DNA of 64,000 nt from Eledone cirrhosa (GCA_964016885.1 OZ024766.1:17670001-17734000); one strand, 5' to 3'. Shown: positions 1 through 14,425, numbered from the stretch's first letter. Program-made: numbers and translations. Notes: generated by a model from the letters alone, not told the origin.

Positions 1-3000
1 ACTCTATATATACTATTGTATTGTCACAGTAAAGGCTTTACCTCACATAACATTTACATTACTCTATATATACTATTGTATTGTCACAGTAAAGGCTTTA
101 CCTCACATAATACCTCACATAACATTTACATTACTCTATATATACTATTGTATTGTCACAGTAAAGGCTTTACCTCACATAATATCTCACATAACATTTA
201 CATTACTCTATATATACTATTGTATTGTCACAGTAAAGGCTTTACCTCACATAATACCTCACATAACATTTACATTACTCTATATATACTATTGTATTGT
301 CACAGTAAAGGCTTTACCTCACATAATACCTCACATAACATCTACATTACTCTATATATAATATTGTATTGTCACAGTAAAGGCTATACCTCACATAATA
401 CCTCACATAACATTTACATTACTCTATATATACTATTGTATTGTCACAGTAAAGGCTTTACCTCACATAATATCTCACATAACATTTACATTACTCTATA
501 TATACTATTGTATTGTCACAGTAAAGGCTTTACCTCACATAACATTTACATTACTCTATATATACTATTGTATTGTCACAGTAAAGGCTTTACCTCACAT
601 AATATCTCACATAACATTTACATTACTCTATATATACTATTGTATTGTCACAGTAAAGGCTTTACCTCACATAATATCTCACATAACATTTACATTACTC
701 TATATATACTATTGTATTGTCACAGTAAAGGCTTTACCTCACATAATATCTCACATAACATTTACATTACTCTATATATACTATTGTATTGTCACAGTAA
801 AGGCTTTACCTCACATAACATTTACATTACTCTATATATACTATTGTATTGTCACAGTAAAGGCTTTACCTCACATAATATCTCACATAACATTTACATT
901 ACTCTATATATACTATTGTATTGTCACAGTAAAGGCTTTACCTCACATAATATCTCACATAACATTTACATTACTCTATATATACTATTGTATTGTCACA
1001 GTAAAGGCTTTACCTCACATAATATCTCACATAACATTTACATTACTCTATATATACTATTGTATCGTCACAGTAAAGGCTTTACCTCACATAATATCTC
1101 ACATAACATTTACATTACTCTATATATACTATTGTATTGTCACAGTAAAGGCTTTACCTCACATAATATCTCACATAACATTTACATTACTCTATATATA
1201 CTATTGTATTGTCACAGTAAAGGCTTTACCTCACATAATATCTCACATAACATCTACATTACTCTATATATACTATTGTATTGTCACAGTAAAGGCTTTA
1301 CCTCACATAATATCTCACATAACATTTACATTACTCTATATATACTATTGTATTGTCACAGTAAAGGCTTTACCTCACATAACATTTACATTACTCTATA
1401 TATACTATTGTATTGTCACAGTAAAGGCTTTACCTCACATAATACCTCACATAACATTTACATTACTCTATATATACTATTGTATTGTCACAGTAAAGGC
1501 TTTACCTCACATAATACCTCACATAACATTTACATTACTCTATATATACTATTGTATTGTCACAGTAAAGGCTTTACCTCACATAATACCTCACATAACA
1601 TTTACATTACTCTATATATACTATTGTATTGTCACAGTAAAGGCTTTACCCCACATAATACCTCACATAACATTTACATTACTCTATATATACTATTATA
1701 TTGTCACAGTAAAGGCTTTACCTCACATAATACCTCACATAACATTTACATTACTCTATATATACTATTGTATTGTCACAGTAAAGGCTTTACCTCACAT
1801 AATATCTCACATAACATTTACATTACTCTATATATACTATTGTATTGTCACAGTAAAGGCTTTACCTCACATAACATTTACATTACTCTATATATACTAT
1901 TGTATTGTCACAGTAAAGGCTTTACCTCACATAATACCTCACATAACATTTACATTACTCTATATATACTATTGTATTGTCACAGTAAAGGCTTTACCTC
2001 ACATAATATCTCACATAACATTTACATTACTCTATATATACTATTGTATTGTCACAGTAAAGGCTTTACCTCACATAATACCTCACATAACATTTACATT
2101 ACTCTATATATACTATTGTATTGTCACAGTAAAGGCTTTACCTCACATAATACCTCACATAACATCTACATTAATCTATATATAATATTGTATTGTCACA
2201 GTAAAGGCTATACCTCACATAATACCTCACATAACATTTACATTACTCTATATATACTATTGTATTGTCACAGTAAAGGCTTTACCTCACATAATATCTC
2301 ACATAACATTTACATTACTCTATATATACTATTGTATTGTCACAGTAAAGGCTTTACCTCACATAACATTTACATTACTCTATATATACTATTGTATTGT
2401 CACAGTAAAGGCTTTACCTCACATAATATCTCACATAACATTTACATTACTCTATATATACTATTGTATTGTCACAGTAAAGGCTTTACCTCACATAATA
2501 TCTCACATAACATTTACATTACTCTATATATACTATTGTATTGTCACAGTAAAGGCTTTACCTCACATAATATCTCACATAACATTTACATTACTCTATA
2601 TATACTATTGTATTGTCACAGTAAAGGCTTTACCTCACATAACATTTACATTACTCTATATATACTATTGTATTGTCACAGTAAAGGCTTTACCTCACAT
2701 AATATCTCACATAACATTTACATTACTCTATATATACTATTGTATTGTCACAGTAAAGGCTTTACCTCACATAATATCTCACATAACATTTACATTACTC
2801 TATATATACTATTGTATTGTCACAGTAAAGGCTTTACCTCACATAATATCTCACATAACATTTACATTACTCTATATATACTATTGTATTGTCACAGTAA
2901 AGGCTTTACCTCACATAATATCTCACATAACATTTACATTACTCTATATATACTATTGTATTGTCACAGTAAAGGCTTTACCTCACATAATATCTCACAT

Positions 3001-3190
3001 AACATTTACATTACTCTATATATACTATTGTATTGTCACAGTAAAGGCTTTACCTCACATAATATCTCACATAACATTTACATTACTCTATATATACTAT
3101 TGTATTGTCACAGTAAAGGCTTTACCTCACATAATATCTCACATAACATTTACATTACTCTATATATACTATTATATTTTCATAATTATC
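1..3190. repeat. Minisatellite, 72-bp unit with 60-bp variants (optional 12-bp AATAYCTCACAT sub-repeat), ~46 copies, probably intronic to REXO4
   Basis: Direct tandem repetition of ACTCTATATATACTATTGTATTGTCACAGTAAAGGCTTTACCTCACATAAT...; runs off the window start. Confidence 0.97.
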
Positions 3191-3439
3191 TCACATAATA
3201 TCAAATCTCTGAGATTTTGATATTATTTGTTTTGAGAACAATACCTTAACATCAGTATGAGTGGCCAGTTACAGCCTGTTTCAACAGAAAGAGGTGAGAG
3301 AATTCTGGCCGGATTAAACACAAAAAGTAGAACCAAATATTGGGGTCTCCAGCTGCTGTGTCAATATGAATCACTTACAATAAAATTTCGCTGGAGAGAG
3401 ATTAGCAAAATTTATACGTCATAGCATAGTTATTTCCCC

Positions 3440-3552
3440 TTACGTTCTGAGTTTGGAGTACAAATACCAGTAATCCACTGGGGTTAATTTAATCAAGTCT
3501 CCCCACCTCTCTCCTACCCGTTTTTTTCATTCAAATTGCTGGCCTTGTGCAA
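3440..3552 (+). mobile_element. Degenerate SINE remnant (same family as 52520-52620)
   Basis: Shares TACCAGTAAT...CTGGG and AATTGCTGGCCTTGT with 52575-52610. Confidence 0.45.
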
Positions 3553-3583
3553 TTATTATTGTTAATGTTGTTGTTGTTTCTAG

Positions 3584-3777
3584 GGTGACATCATGTGTGG
3601 CGCTTGACTGTGAGATGGTGGGTACTGGTGAATCAGGAATCTGTGATATGTTGGCCCGAGTGTCGGTGGTCAACCAATATGGCCACTGCCTCTATGACAG
3701 GTATGTCAGCCCTATGGAACAAGTGACCGATTATCGGACAGCGGTCAGTGGGGTAACGCCAGATTTACTGAAAAATG
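3584..3777 (+). CDS. REXO4: REXO4 exon with ExoI motif (upstream exons outside window)
   Basis: TTTCTAG acceptor at 3583; [15 protein letters not shown]...ARVSVVN...YDRYV.P...[11 protein letters not shown]; GTAAAT donor at 3778, phase 1. Confidence 0.93.
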
Positions 3778-3794
3778 GTAAATATATATCTACA

Positions 3795-5237
3795 TCATCA
3801 TCATTTTACGTCTGCTTTTTCCAGCTTGCAAGGGTGGGACGGGTCTTATTCAGCTTTAGCGATCCGAGGTCTGCTCTCACCACCTCTGCCCATGTTTTTC
3901 GTGGTCTACCTCAACCATGTCTTCCCTCTACTGGGATTTCTTGGCACCTCTTTACCCAGCGGTCATCCTCCATGCACATCACATGTCCATACCATCTCAG
4001 TCTTCTCTCCCACACACTACAACTTATCCCTCTCAGACACAGTTTCTCTCTCAACTCATCACATGTCCATACCATCTCAGTCTTCTCTCCCACACACTAC
4101 AACTTATCCCTCTCAGACACAGTTTCTCTCTCAACACATCACATGTCCATACCATCTCAGTCTTCTCTCCCACACACTAGAACTTATCCCTCTTATACAG
4201 TTTCTCTCTCAACACATCACATGTCCATACCATCTCAGTCTTCTCTCTCACACATTACAACTTATCCCTCTTATACACAGTTTCTCTCTCAACTCATCAC
4301 ATGTCCATACCATCTCAGTCTTCTCTCCCACACACCACAACTTATCCCTCTTATACCCAGTTTCTCTCTCAACACATCACATGTCCATACCATCTCAGTC
4401 TTCTCTCCCACACACCACGACTTATCCCTCTTATACCCAGTTTCTCTCTCAACACATCACATGTCCATACCATCTCAGTCTTCTCTCCCACACACCACAA
4501 CTTATCCCTCTGATACCCAGTTTCTCTCTCAACACATCACATGTCCATACCATCTCAGTCTTCTCTCTCACACATTACAACTTATCCCTCTTATACCCAG
4601 TTTCTCTCTCAACACATCACATGTCCATACCATCTCAGTCCTCTCTCCCACACACCACAATTTATCCCTCTTATACACAGTTTCTCTCTCAACTCATCAC
4701 ATGTCCATACCACCTCAGTCTTCTCTCCCACACACCACAACTTATCCCTCTTATACACAGTTTCTCTCTCAACTCATCACATGTCCATACCATCTCAGTC
4801 TTCTCTCCCACACACCACAACTTGTCCCTCTTATACCCAGTTTCTCTCTCAACTCATCACATGTCCATACCATCTCAGTCTTCTCTCCCACACACCACAA
4901 CTTATCCCTCTTATACACAGTTTCTCTCTCAACACATCACATGTCCATACCATCTCAGTCTTCTCTCCCACACACCACAACTTGTCCCTCTTATACCCAG
5001 TTTCTCTCTCAACTCATCACATGTCCATACCACCTCAGTCTTCTCTCCCACACACCACAACTTATCCCTCTTATACACAGTTTCTCTCTCAACACATCAC
5101 ATGTCCATACCATCTCAGTCTTCTCACAACTTGTCCCTCTTATACCCAGTTTCTCTCTCAACACATCACATGTCCATACCATCTCAGTCTTCTCTCCCAC
5201 ACACCACAACTTATCCCTCTTATACACAGTTTCTCTG
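3795..5237 (-). mobile_element. RTE-clade LINE-derived element with internal 80-bp tandem array (~16 copies, 3974-5237) and (GAT)n 3' tail
   Basis: Minus strand reads [26 protein letters not shown] repeated, then [17 protein letters not shown]...GRPRKTW and CAGACGTAAAATGATGATG tail. Confidence 0.88.
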
Positions 5238-6045
5238 TCAGAGGTATCAAATGTTGTATTCTGGAGAGGAGAGTAAGTTGGTATGGACATGTGATGTGTA
5301 TGAAGGACGACAGCTGTATAAAAAAAGTGCAGAGCAATGGAAATTGATCGAAACTTCTGTTAGCCACAAGGGGTTTTTCTCTAAAAATGGAAGGTAGATT
5401 GTATAATGCTTGTATACGAACGGTGATATTACTTGGTACTGAGACCTGGGTATTGTGTGCTGAAGACTTACGTAGATTAGAAAGAAATGAAGCCTGCATG
5501 CTCCGATGGATGTGTAATAGTGTGCGAGGATGGCAACGCATAAACAAATTAAGAGGGAGACTAAGCATAAGAGGTATCAAATGTATTCTGGAGAGGAGAT
5601 TACGTTGGTATGGACATGAAGGACAACAGCTGTATAAAAAAAGGTGTTGGGCAATGGAAGCTACTGTTGGCCACAAGGGGTTTTTCTCTAAAAGTAAAAG
5701 GTAGATTGTATAATGCTTGTATACGAACGGTGATATTACATGGTAGTGAGACCTGGGCATTGTGTGCTGAAGACTTACGTAGATTAGAAAGAAATGTGTG
5801 CAGGAGAGGCGGTTGCGCTGGTATGGACATGTGATGCGTATGAAGGATGACAGCTGCATAAAAAGGTGCAGAGCACTAGAAGTTGATGGAAACCGTGGAG
5901 TGGGGAGACCCAAGATGACCTGGGATGAGGTGATAAAAGCCGACCTTACCCAATTACACCTCTCAGAGGCGATGACACACGACCGTGACTTCTGGCGTCA
6001 CACAGTAATACAGAGTACCCGACCTCCCATGGGTACATGCTGAAG
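5238..6045 (+). mobile_element. RTE-clade LINE 3' fragments with ~300-bp tandem duplication
   Basis: KGRLYNACIRTVILHGSETWALCAEDLRRLERNE occurs twice, then [12 protein letters not shown]...RGVGRPKMTWDEVIKADL. Confidence 0.85.
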
Positions 6046-6079
6046 CATATAAACAATATGACCCCACTCCCCCCACCGC

Positions 6080-6346
6080 AAGGTGGTCGTGGAGGTGCCA
6101 CGGCAAAAAAGCACCCAGCCCACACTGTAAAGTGGACGTGGAGGCGCCACGAATAATCACCCAGCACTCACTGTAAATGAGGTTGGTGTTAGGAAGGGCA
6201 TCCAGCTGTAGAAATCAAGCCAAATCAGTTCCTGTATGAGCAAGACAAGGTCAGCCGACCAGACACTGCCCACAACAGGACAACCCGTCTAACCCATGCT
6301 AGCGTGGAAGAACGGACGTAAAACGGTGACGATGATGATGATGATG
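6080..6346 (+). mobile_element. SINE 3' part (49-bp units, GGTTGGTGTTAGGAAGGGCATCCAGCTG core, LINE-like (GAT)n tail)
   Basis: Same motifs recur at 31030-31520, 35130-35308 and 55573-56486. Confidence 0.8.
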
Positions 6347-6430
6347 AAGCCTGCCTGCTCCAATGGATGTGTAAGAGTAATGTGCACGAATGGCAAAGCA
6401 TTAACAGACTCTCTCTCTCTTTCTCTTCAG

Positions 6431-6519
6431 CCATAGACTTCAAGACTGTCCAGAATGATATCGGTGACTTGCTGAAAAACCGAATATTGGTCGGCCATGC
6501 ATTACACAATGACTTCAAG
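6431..6519 (+). CDS. REXO4: REXO4 exon with ExoII motif
   Basis: Polypyrimidine-CAG acceptor; (A)IDFKTVQNDIGDLLKNRILVGHALHNDFK; GTGAGG donor; phase 1 in, phase 0 out. Confidence 0.95.
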
Positions 6520-6549
6520 GTGAGGTGAAATCTTGGTAAAATATATTGG

Positions 6550-7230
6550 AACCTTTGTTAAGTTATGTTCCGTTAGAAATGTGGTAATGAAAGGGTTAAA
6601 GTGTTTATATTTATCATAAAACCTCCCATCATAATTTTATGTAAGAACCCTTGTGATGTTATGTTCCATTAGAAATATGTTAAGAACCTTTGTTAAGTTA
6701 TGTTCCACTAGAAATGAAAGTGTTAAAGTGTTTATATTTATCTAAAGACCCTCCATCATCATTTTATGTAAGAACCTTTGTTAAGTTATGTTCCATTAGA
6801 AATATGGTAATGAAAGGGTTAAAGTGTTTATATTTATCTAAAAACCCTTGTTAAGTTATGTTCCCGTAGAAATGTGGTAAGAACCTTTGTTAAGTTATGT
6901 TCCATTAGAAATATGGTAATGAAAGGGTTAAAGTGTTTATATTTATCTAAAAACCTTCCACCATAATTTTATGCAAGAACCTTTGTTAAGTTATGTTCCA
7001 TTAGAAATATGGTAATGAAAGGGTTAAAGTGTTTATATTTATCTAAAAACCTTCCACCATAATTTTATCTAAGAACCTTTGTTAAGTTATGTTCCATTAG
7101 AAATATGGTAATGAAAGGGTTAAAGTGTTTATATTTATCTAAAAACCTTCCATCATAATTTTACGTAAGAACCTTTGTGATGTTATGTTCCATTGGAAAT
7201 ATGTTAAGAACCTTTGTTAAGTTATGTTCC
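6550..7230. repeat. AT-rich imperfect ~114-bp tandem repeat
   Basis: Recurrent AAGAACCTTTGTTAAGTTATGTTCCATTAGAAATATGGTAATGAAAGGGTTAAAGTG. Confidence 0.9.
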
Positions 7231-7348
7231 AAACACCAACTTAATATTGAGTAAGTGAAATTCCAAATGAAACTATCACTACCACCAACACCACCACTAT
7301 GCCACCATCAGTAACACAAGCACTAAAAACACTGTTTCTTATTTTCAG

Positions 7349-7498
7349 GTCCTTTATGTGAACCACCCAAAAGATCTGATACGAGATACATCCAAATATG
7401 GCCCCTTTAGGAAACTGTGTCACAGGCAGAACCCTTCTTTGAAGATGTTGGCTAAGGAACTTCTAGAAGTAAACATACAGCAGGGTGCACATAGTTCG
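7349..7498 (+). CDS. REXO4: REXO4 exon (150 nt, includes the ExoIII His)
   Basis: TTTTCAG acceptor; VLYVNHPKDLIRDTSKYGPFRKLCHRQNPSLKMLAKELLEVNIQQGAHSS; GTAAGG donor, phase 0. Confidence 0.95.
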
Positions 7499-7636
7499 GT
7501 AAGGAGCTGGTGAAATTTGTATTTAGATCAGAGGTGCCAAAGTGGGTTTTATGGTACCCAGGGGTTTATGCAAACAAGTGGTCATGTAGGTGTCATGACA
7601 AAAAGTACCCAGTCCACACTGTAAAGTGGTCATGTA

Positions 7637-10600
7637 GGACTACATTATCTAATGTACAGTACAGTAGTTAGTATTAGTGTCTATCAGACATAGTGTATCT
7701 AGGACTACATTATCTAATGTACAGTACAGTAGTTAGTATTAGTGTCTATCAGACATAGTGTATCTAGGACTACATTATCTAATGTACAGTACAGTAGTTA
7801 GTATTAGTAGCTATCAGACATAGTGTATCTAGGACTACATTATCTAATGTACAGTACAGTAGTTAGTATTAGTGTCTATCAGACATAGTGTATCTAGGAC
7901 TACATTATCTAATGTACAGTACAGTAGTTAGTATTAGTAGCTATCAGACATAGTGTACCTAGGACTACATTATCTAATGTACAGTACAGTAGTTAGTATT
8001 AGTGGCTATCAGACATAGTGTATCTAGGACTACATTATCTAATGTACAGTACAGTAGTTAGTATTAGTGGCTATCAGACATAGTGTATCTAGGACTACAT
8101 TATCTAATGTACAGTATAGTAGTTAGTATTAGTGGCTATCAGACATAGTATATCTAGGACTACATTATCTAATGTACAGTACAGTAGTTAATATTAGTGG
8201 CTATCAGACATAGTATATCTAGGACTACATTATCTAATGTACAGTACAGTAGTTAGTATTAGTGGCTATCAGACATAGTATATCTAGGACTACATTATCT
8301 AATGTACAGTACAGTAGTTAGTATTAGTGGCTATCAGACATGGTGTATCTAGGACTACATTATCTAATGTACAGTACAGTAGTTAGTATTAGTGGCTATC
8401 AGACATGGTGTATCTAGGACTACATTATCTAATGTACAGTACAGTAGTTAGTATTAGTGGCTATCAGACATAGTGTATCTAGGACTACATTATCTAATGT
8501 ACAGTACAGTAGTTAGTATTAGTGGCTATCAGACATAGTATATCTAGGACTACATTATCTAATGTACAGTACAGTAGTTAGTATTAGTGGCTATCAGACA
8601 TAGTGTATCTAGGACTACATTATCTAATGTACAGTACAGTAGTTAGTATTAGTGGCTATCAGACATAGTGTATCTAGGACTACATTATCTAATGTACAGT
8701 ACAGTAGTTAGTATTAGTGGCTATCAGACATAGTATATCTAGGACTACATTATCTAATGTACAGTACAGTAGTTAGTATTAGTGGCTATCAGACATAGTG
8801 TATCTAGGACTACATTATCTAATGTACAGTACAGTAGTTAGTATTAGTAGCTATCAGACATAGTGTATCTAGGACTACATTATCTAATGTACAGTACAGT
8901 AGTTAGTATTAGTGTCTATCAGACATAGTGTATCTAGGACTACATTATCTAATGTACAGTACAGTAGTTAGTATTAGTAGCTATCAGACATAGTGTACCT
9001 AGGACTACATTATCTAATGTACAGTACAGTAGTTAGTATTAGTGGCTATCAGACATAGTGTATCTAGGACTACATTATCTAATGTACAGTACAGTAGTTA
9101 GTATTAGTGGCTATCAGACATAGTGTATCTAGGACTACATTATCTAATGTACAGTATAGTAGTTAGTATTAGTGGCTATCAGACATAGTATATCTAGGAC
9201 TACATTATCTAATGTACAGTACAGTAGTTAATATTAGTGGCTATCAGACATAGTATATCTAGGACTACATTATCTAATGTACAGTACAGTAGTTAGTATT
9301 AGTGGCTATCAGACATAGTATATCTAGGACTACATTATCTAATGTACAGTACAGTAGTTAGTATTAGTGGCTATCAGACATGGTGTATCTAGGACTACAT
9401 TATCTAATGTACAGTACAGTAGTTAGTATTAGTGGCTATCAGACATGGTGTATCTAGGACTACATTATCTAATGTACAGTACAGTAGTTAGTATTAGTGG
9501 CTATCAGACATAGTGTATCTAGGACTACATTATCTAATGTACAGTACAGTAGTTAGTATTAGTGGCTATCAGACATAGTATATCTAGGACTACATTATCT
9601 AATGTACAGTACAGTAGTTAGTATTAGTGGCTATCAGACATAGTGTATCTAGGACTACATTATCTAATGTACAGTACAGTAGTTAGTATTAGTGGCTATC
9701 AGACATAGTGTATCTAGGACTACATTATCTAATGTACAGTACAGTAGTTAGTATTAGTGGCTATCAGACATAGTATATCTAGGACTACATTATCTAATGT
9801 ACAGTACAGTAGTTAGTATTAGTGGCTATCAGACATAGTGTATCTAGGACTACATTATCTAATGTACAGTACAGTAGTTAGTATTAGTGGCTATCAGACA
9901 TAGTATATCTAGGACTACATTATCTAATGTACAGTACAGTAGTTAGTATTAGTGGCTATCAGACAGTATATCTAGGACTACATTATCTAATGTACAGTAC
10001 AGTAGTTAGTATTAGTGGCTAGCAGATATAGTGTACCTAGGACTACATTATCTAATGTACAGTACAGTAGTTAGTATTAGTGGCTATCAGACATAGTATA
10101 TCTAGGACTACATTATCTAATGTACAGTACAGTAGTTAGTATTAGTGGCTATCAGACATAGTATATCTAGGACTACATTATCTAATGTACAGTATAGTAG
10201 TTAGTATTAGTGGCTATCAGACATAGTATAACTAGGACTACATTATCTAATGTACAGTACAGTAGTTAGTATTAGTGGCTATCAGACATAGTGTATCTAG
10301 GACTACATTATCTAATATACAGTACAGTAGTTAGTATTAGTGGTTATCAGACATAGTATATCTAGGACTACATTATCTAATGTACAGTACAGTAGTTAGT
10401 ATTAGTGGCTATCAGACATAGTATATCTAGGACTACATTATCTAATATACAGTACAGTAGTTAGTATTAGTGGTTATCAGACATAGTATATCTAGGACTA
10501 CATTATCTAATGTACAGTACAGTAGTTAGTATTAGTGGCTATCAGACATAGTGTATCTAGGACTACATTATCTAATGTACAGTACAGTAGTTAGTATTAG

Positions 10601-13600
10601 TGGCTATCAGACATAGTATATCTAGGACTACATTATCTAATGTACAGTACAGTAGTTAGTATTAGTGGCTATCAGACATAGTGTATCTAGGACTACATTA
10701 TCTAATGTACAGTACAGTAGTTAGTATTAGTGGCTATCAGACATAGTATATCTAGGACTACATTATTTAATGTACAGTAGTTAGTATTAGTGGCTATCAG
10801 ACATAGTGTATCTAGGACTACATTATCTAATGTACAGTATAGTAGTTAGTATTAGTGGCTATCAGACATAGTATATCTAGGACTACATTATCTAATGTAC
10901 AGTACAGTAGTTAGTATTAGTGGCTATCAGACATAGTATATCTAGGACTACATTATCTTATGTACAGTACAGTAGTTAGTATTAGTGGCTATCAGACATA
11001 GTATATCTAGGACTACATTATCTAATGTACAGTACAGTAGTTAGTATTAGTGGCTATCAGACATAGTGTATCTAGGACTACATTATCTAATGTACAGTAC
11101 AGTAGTTAGTATTAGTGGCTATCAGACATAGTATATCTAGGACTACGTTATTTAATGTACAGTAGTTAGTATTAGTGGCTATCAGACATAGTGTATCTAG
11201 GACTACATTATCTAATGTACAGTATAGTAGTTAGTATTAGTGGCTATCAGACATAGTATATCTAGGACTACATTATCTAATGTACAGTACAGTAGTTAGT
11301 ATTAGTGGCTATCAGACATAGTATATCTAGGACTACATTATCTTATGTACAGTACAGTAGTTAGTATTAGTGGCTATCAGACATAGTATATCTAGGACTA
11401 CATTATCTAATGTACAGTACAGTAGTTAGTATTAGTGGCTATCAGACATAGTATATCTAGGACTACATTATCTAATGTACAGTACAGTAGTTAGTATTAG
11501 TGGCTATCAGACATAGTGTATCTAGGACTACATTATCTAATGTACAGTACAGTAGTTAGTATTAGTGGCTATCAGACATAGTGTATCTAGGACTACATTA
11601 TCTAATGTACAGTACAGTAGTTAGTATTAGTGGCTATCAGACATAGTATATCTAGGACTACATTATCTAATGTACAGTACAGTAGTTAGTATTAGTGGCT
11701 ATCAGACATAGTATATCTAGGACTACATTATCTTATGTACAGTACAGTAGTTAGTATTAGTGGCTATCAGACATAGTATATCTAGGACTACATTATCTAA
11801 TGTACAGTACAGTAGTTAGTATTAGTGGCTATCAGACATAGTATATCTAGGACTACATTATCTAATGTACAGTACAGTAGTTAGTATTAGTGGCTATCAG
11901 ACATAGTGTATCTAGGACTACATTATCTAATGTACAGTACAGTAGTTAGTATTAGTGGCTATCAGACATAGTGTATCTAGGACTACATTATCTAATGTAC
12001 AGTACAGTAGTTAGTATTAGTGGCTATCAGACATAGTATATCTAGGACTACATTATCTAATGTACAGTACAGTAGTTAGTATTAGTGGCTATCAGACATA
12101 GTATATCTAGGACTACATTATCTTATGTACAGTACAGTAGTTAGTATTAGTGGCTATCAGACATAGTATATCTAGGACTACATTATCTAATGTACAGTAC
12201 AGTAGTTAGTATTAGTGGCTATCAGACATAGTATATCTAGGACTACATTATCTAATGTACAGTACAGTAGTTAGTATTAGTGGCTATCAGACATAGTATA
12301 TCTAGGTCTACATTATCTAATGTACAGTACAGTAGTTAGTATTAGTGGCTATCAGACATAGTGTATCTAGGACTACATTATCTAATGTACAGTACAGTAG
12401 TTAGTATTAGTGGCTATCAGACATAGTGTATCTAGGACTACATTATCTAATGTACAGTACAGTAGTTAGTATTAGTGGCTATCAGACATAGTATATCTAG
12501 GACTACATTATCTAATGTACAGTACAGTAGTTAGTATTAGTGGCTATCAGACATAGTATATCTAGGACTACATTATCTTATGTACAGTACAGTAGTTAGT
12601 ATTAGTGGCTATCAGACATAGTATATCTAGGACTACATTATCTAATGTACAGTACAGTAGTTAGTATTAGTGGCTATCAGACATAGTATATCTAGGACTA
12701 CATTATCTAATGTACAGTACAGTAGTTAGTATTAGTGGCTATCAGACATAGTGTATCTAGGACTACATTATCTAATGTACAGTACAGTAGTTAGTATTAG
12801 TGGCTATCAGACATAGTGTATCTAGGACTACATTATCTAATGTACAGTACAGTAGTTAGTATTAGTGGCTATCAGACATAGTATATCTAGGACTACATTA
12901 TCTAATGTACAGTACAGTAGTTAGTATTAGTGGCTATCAGACATAGTATATCTAGGACTACATTATCTTATGTACAGTACAGTAGTTAGTATTAGTGGCT
13001 ATCAGACATAGTGTATCTAGGACTACATTATCTAATGTACAGTACAGTAGTTAGTATTAGTGGCTATCAGACATAGTATATCTAGGACTACATTATCTAA
13101 TGTACAGTACAGTAGTTAGTATTAGTGGCTATCAGACATAGTATATCTAGGACTACATTATCTAATGTACAGTACAGTAGTTAGTATTAGTGGCTATCAG
13201 ACATAGTGTACCTAGGACTACATTATCTAATGTGCAGTACAGTAGTTAGTATTAGTGGCTATCAGACATAGTGTATCTAGGACTACATTATCTAATGTAC
13301 AGTACAGTAGTTATTATTAGTGGCTATCAGACATAGTATATCTAGGATTACACTATCTAATGTACAGTACAGTAGTTAGTATTAGTGGCTATCTGACATA
13401 GTGTATCTAGGACTACATTATCTAATGTACAGTACAGTAGTTAGTATTAGTGGCTATCAGACATAGTGTATCTAGGACTACATTATCTAATGTACAGTAC
13501 AGTAGTTAGTATTAGTGGCTATCAGACATAGTGTATCTAGGACTACATTATCTAATGTACAGTACAGTAGTTAGTATTAGTGGCTATCAGACATAGTGTA

Positions 13601-14100
13601 TCTAGGACTACATTATCTAATGTACAGTACAGTAGTTAGTATTAGTGGCTATCAGACATAGTGTATCTAGGACTACATTATCTAATGTACAGTACAGTAG
13701 TTAGTATTAGTGGCTATCAGACATAGTGTATCTAGGACTACATTATCTAATGTACAGTACAGTAGTTAGTATTAGTGGCTATCAGACATAGTGTATCTAG
13801 GACTACATTATCTAATGTACAGTACAGTAGTTAGTATTAGTGGCTATCAGACATAGTATATCTAGGACTACACTATCTAATGTACAGTACAGTAGTTAGT
13901 ATTAGTGGCTATCAGACATAGTGTATCTAGGACTACATTATCTAATGTACAGTACAGTAGTTAGTATTAGTGGCTATCAGACATAGTATATCTAGGACTA
14001 CACTATCTAATGTACAGTACAGTAGTTAGTATTAGTGGCTATCAGACATAGTGTACCTAGGACTACATTATCTAATGTACAGTAGTTAGTATTAGTGGCT
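7637..14100. repeat. 65-bp satellite, ~99 copies, filling the last REXO4 intron
   Basis: GGACTACATTATCTAATGTACAGTACAGTAGTTAGTATTAGTGGCTATCAGACATAGTRTATCTA in tandem. Confidence 0.98.
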
Positions 14101-14145
14101 ATAGTTGTATGCTGTCTTCAAACTCCCTCTCTTTGCTCGTTACAG

Positions 14146-14349
14146 GTAATTGATGCCCAGGTCACTATGCAGTTGTATATGAAACACAGAAAAAGTTGGG
14201 AGCTGAGATTGAAGAGGAAAAAGAAGATGGTTAAGCTAAAGAAAGAAACGAAGAAGAAGGGAAAGGAGGTTCAGAATAAGGATGAGGGTGAAGGGGAATT
14301 AAGAGACCAGAAGAGGAAGAAACGGAGGAAAAAACTTAAAACTGAATAA
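14146..14349 (+). CDS. REXO4: REXO4 terminal exon with ExoIII Asp and Lys-rich (NLS/NoLS-like) tail
   Basis: TTACAG acceptor; VIDAQVTMQLYMKHRKSWE...KRKKRRKKLKTE*; TAA at 14347-14349. Confidence 0.92.
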   Translation, partial: VIDAQVTMQLYMKHRKSWELRLKRKKKMVKLKKETKKKGKEVQNKDEGEGELRDQKRKKRRKKLKTE

Positions 14350-14350
14350 A
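14345..14350 (+). promoter_or_regulatory. Candidate polyadenylation signal AATAAA overlapping the REXO4 stop codon
   Basis: GAATAAA contains the TAA stop; a T/G-rich stretch follows at 14368-14395. Confidence 0.4.
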
Positions 14351-14425
14351 ATATTTTTAAAATGGCTGATTGTATTATTTCCATGAATTGTTCCTATATA
14401 TATATATATATGTGTGTATATATAT

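Noticed and set aside
16-3198. 1060-aa repetitive ORF
   Set aside because: A 72/60-bp unit (multiple of 3) with no stop in one frame; no recognisable domain; minisatellite artefact
3256-3293. Possible upstream REXO4 mini-exon ending AG|GTGAGA
   Set aside because: The ATG frame ends in phase 1 but exon 3584 needs phase 2; weak acceptor and no recognisable homology
3778-5397. ORF 3585-5276 continuing past the exonuclease motif, and overlapping His/Ser-rich ORFs
   Set aside because: A donor at 3778 joins in phase to exon 6431; the rest is the antisense reading of the LINE-derived array
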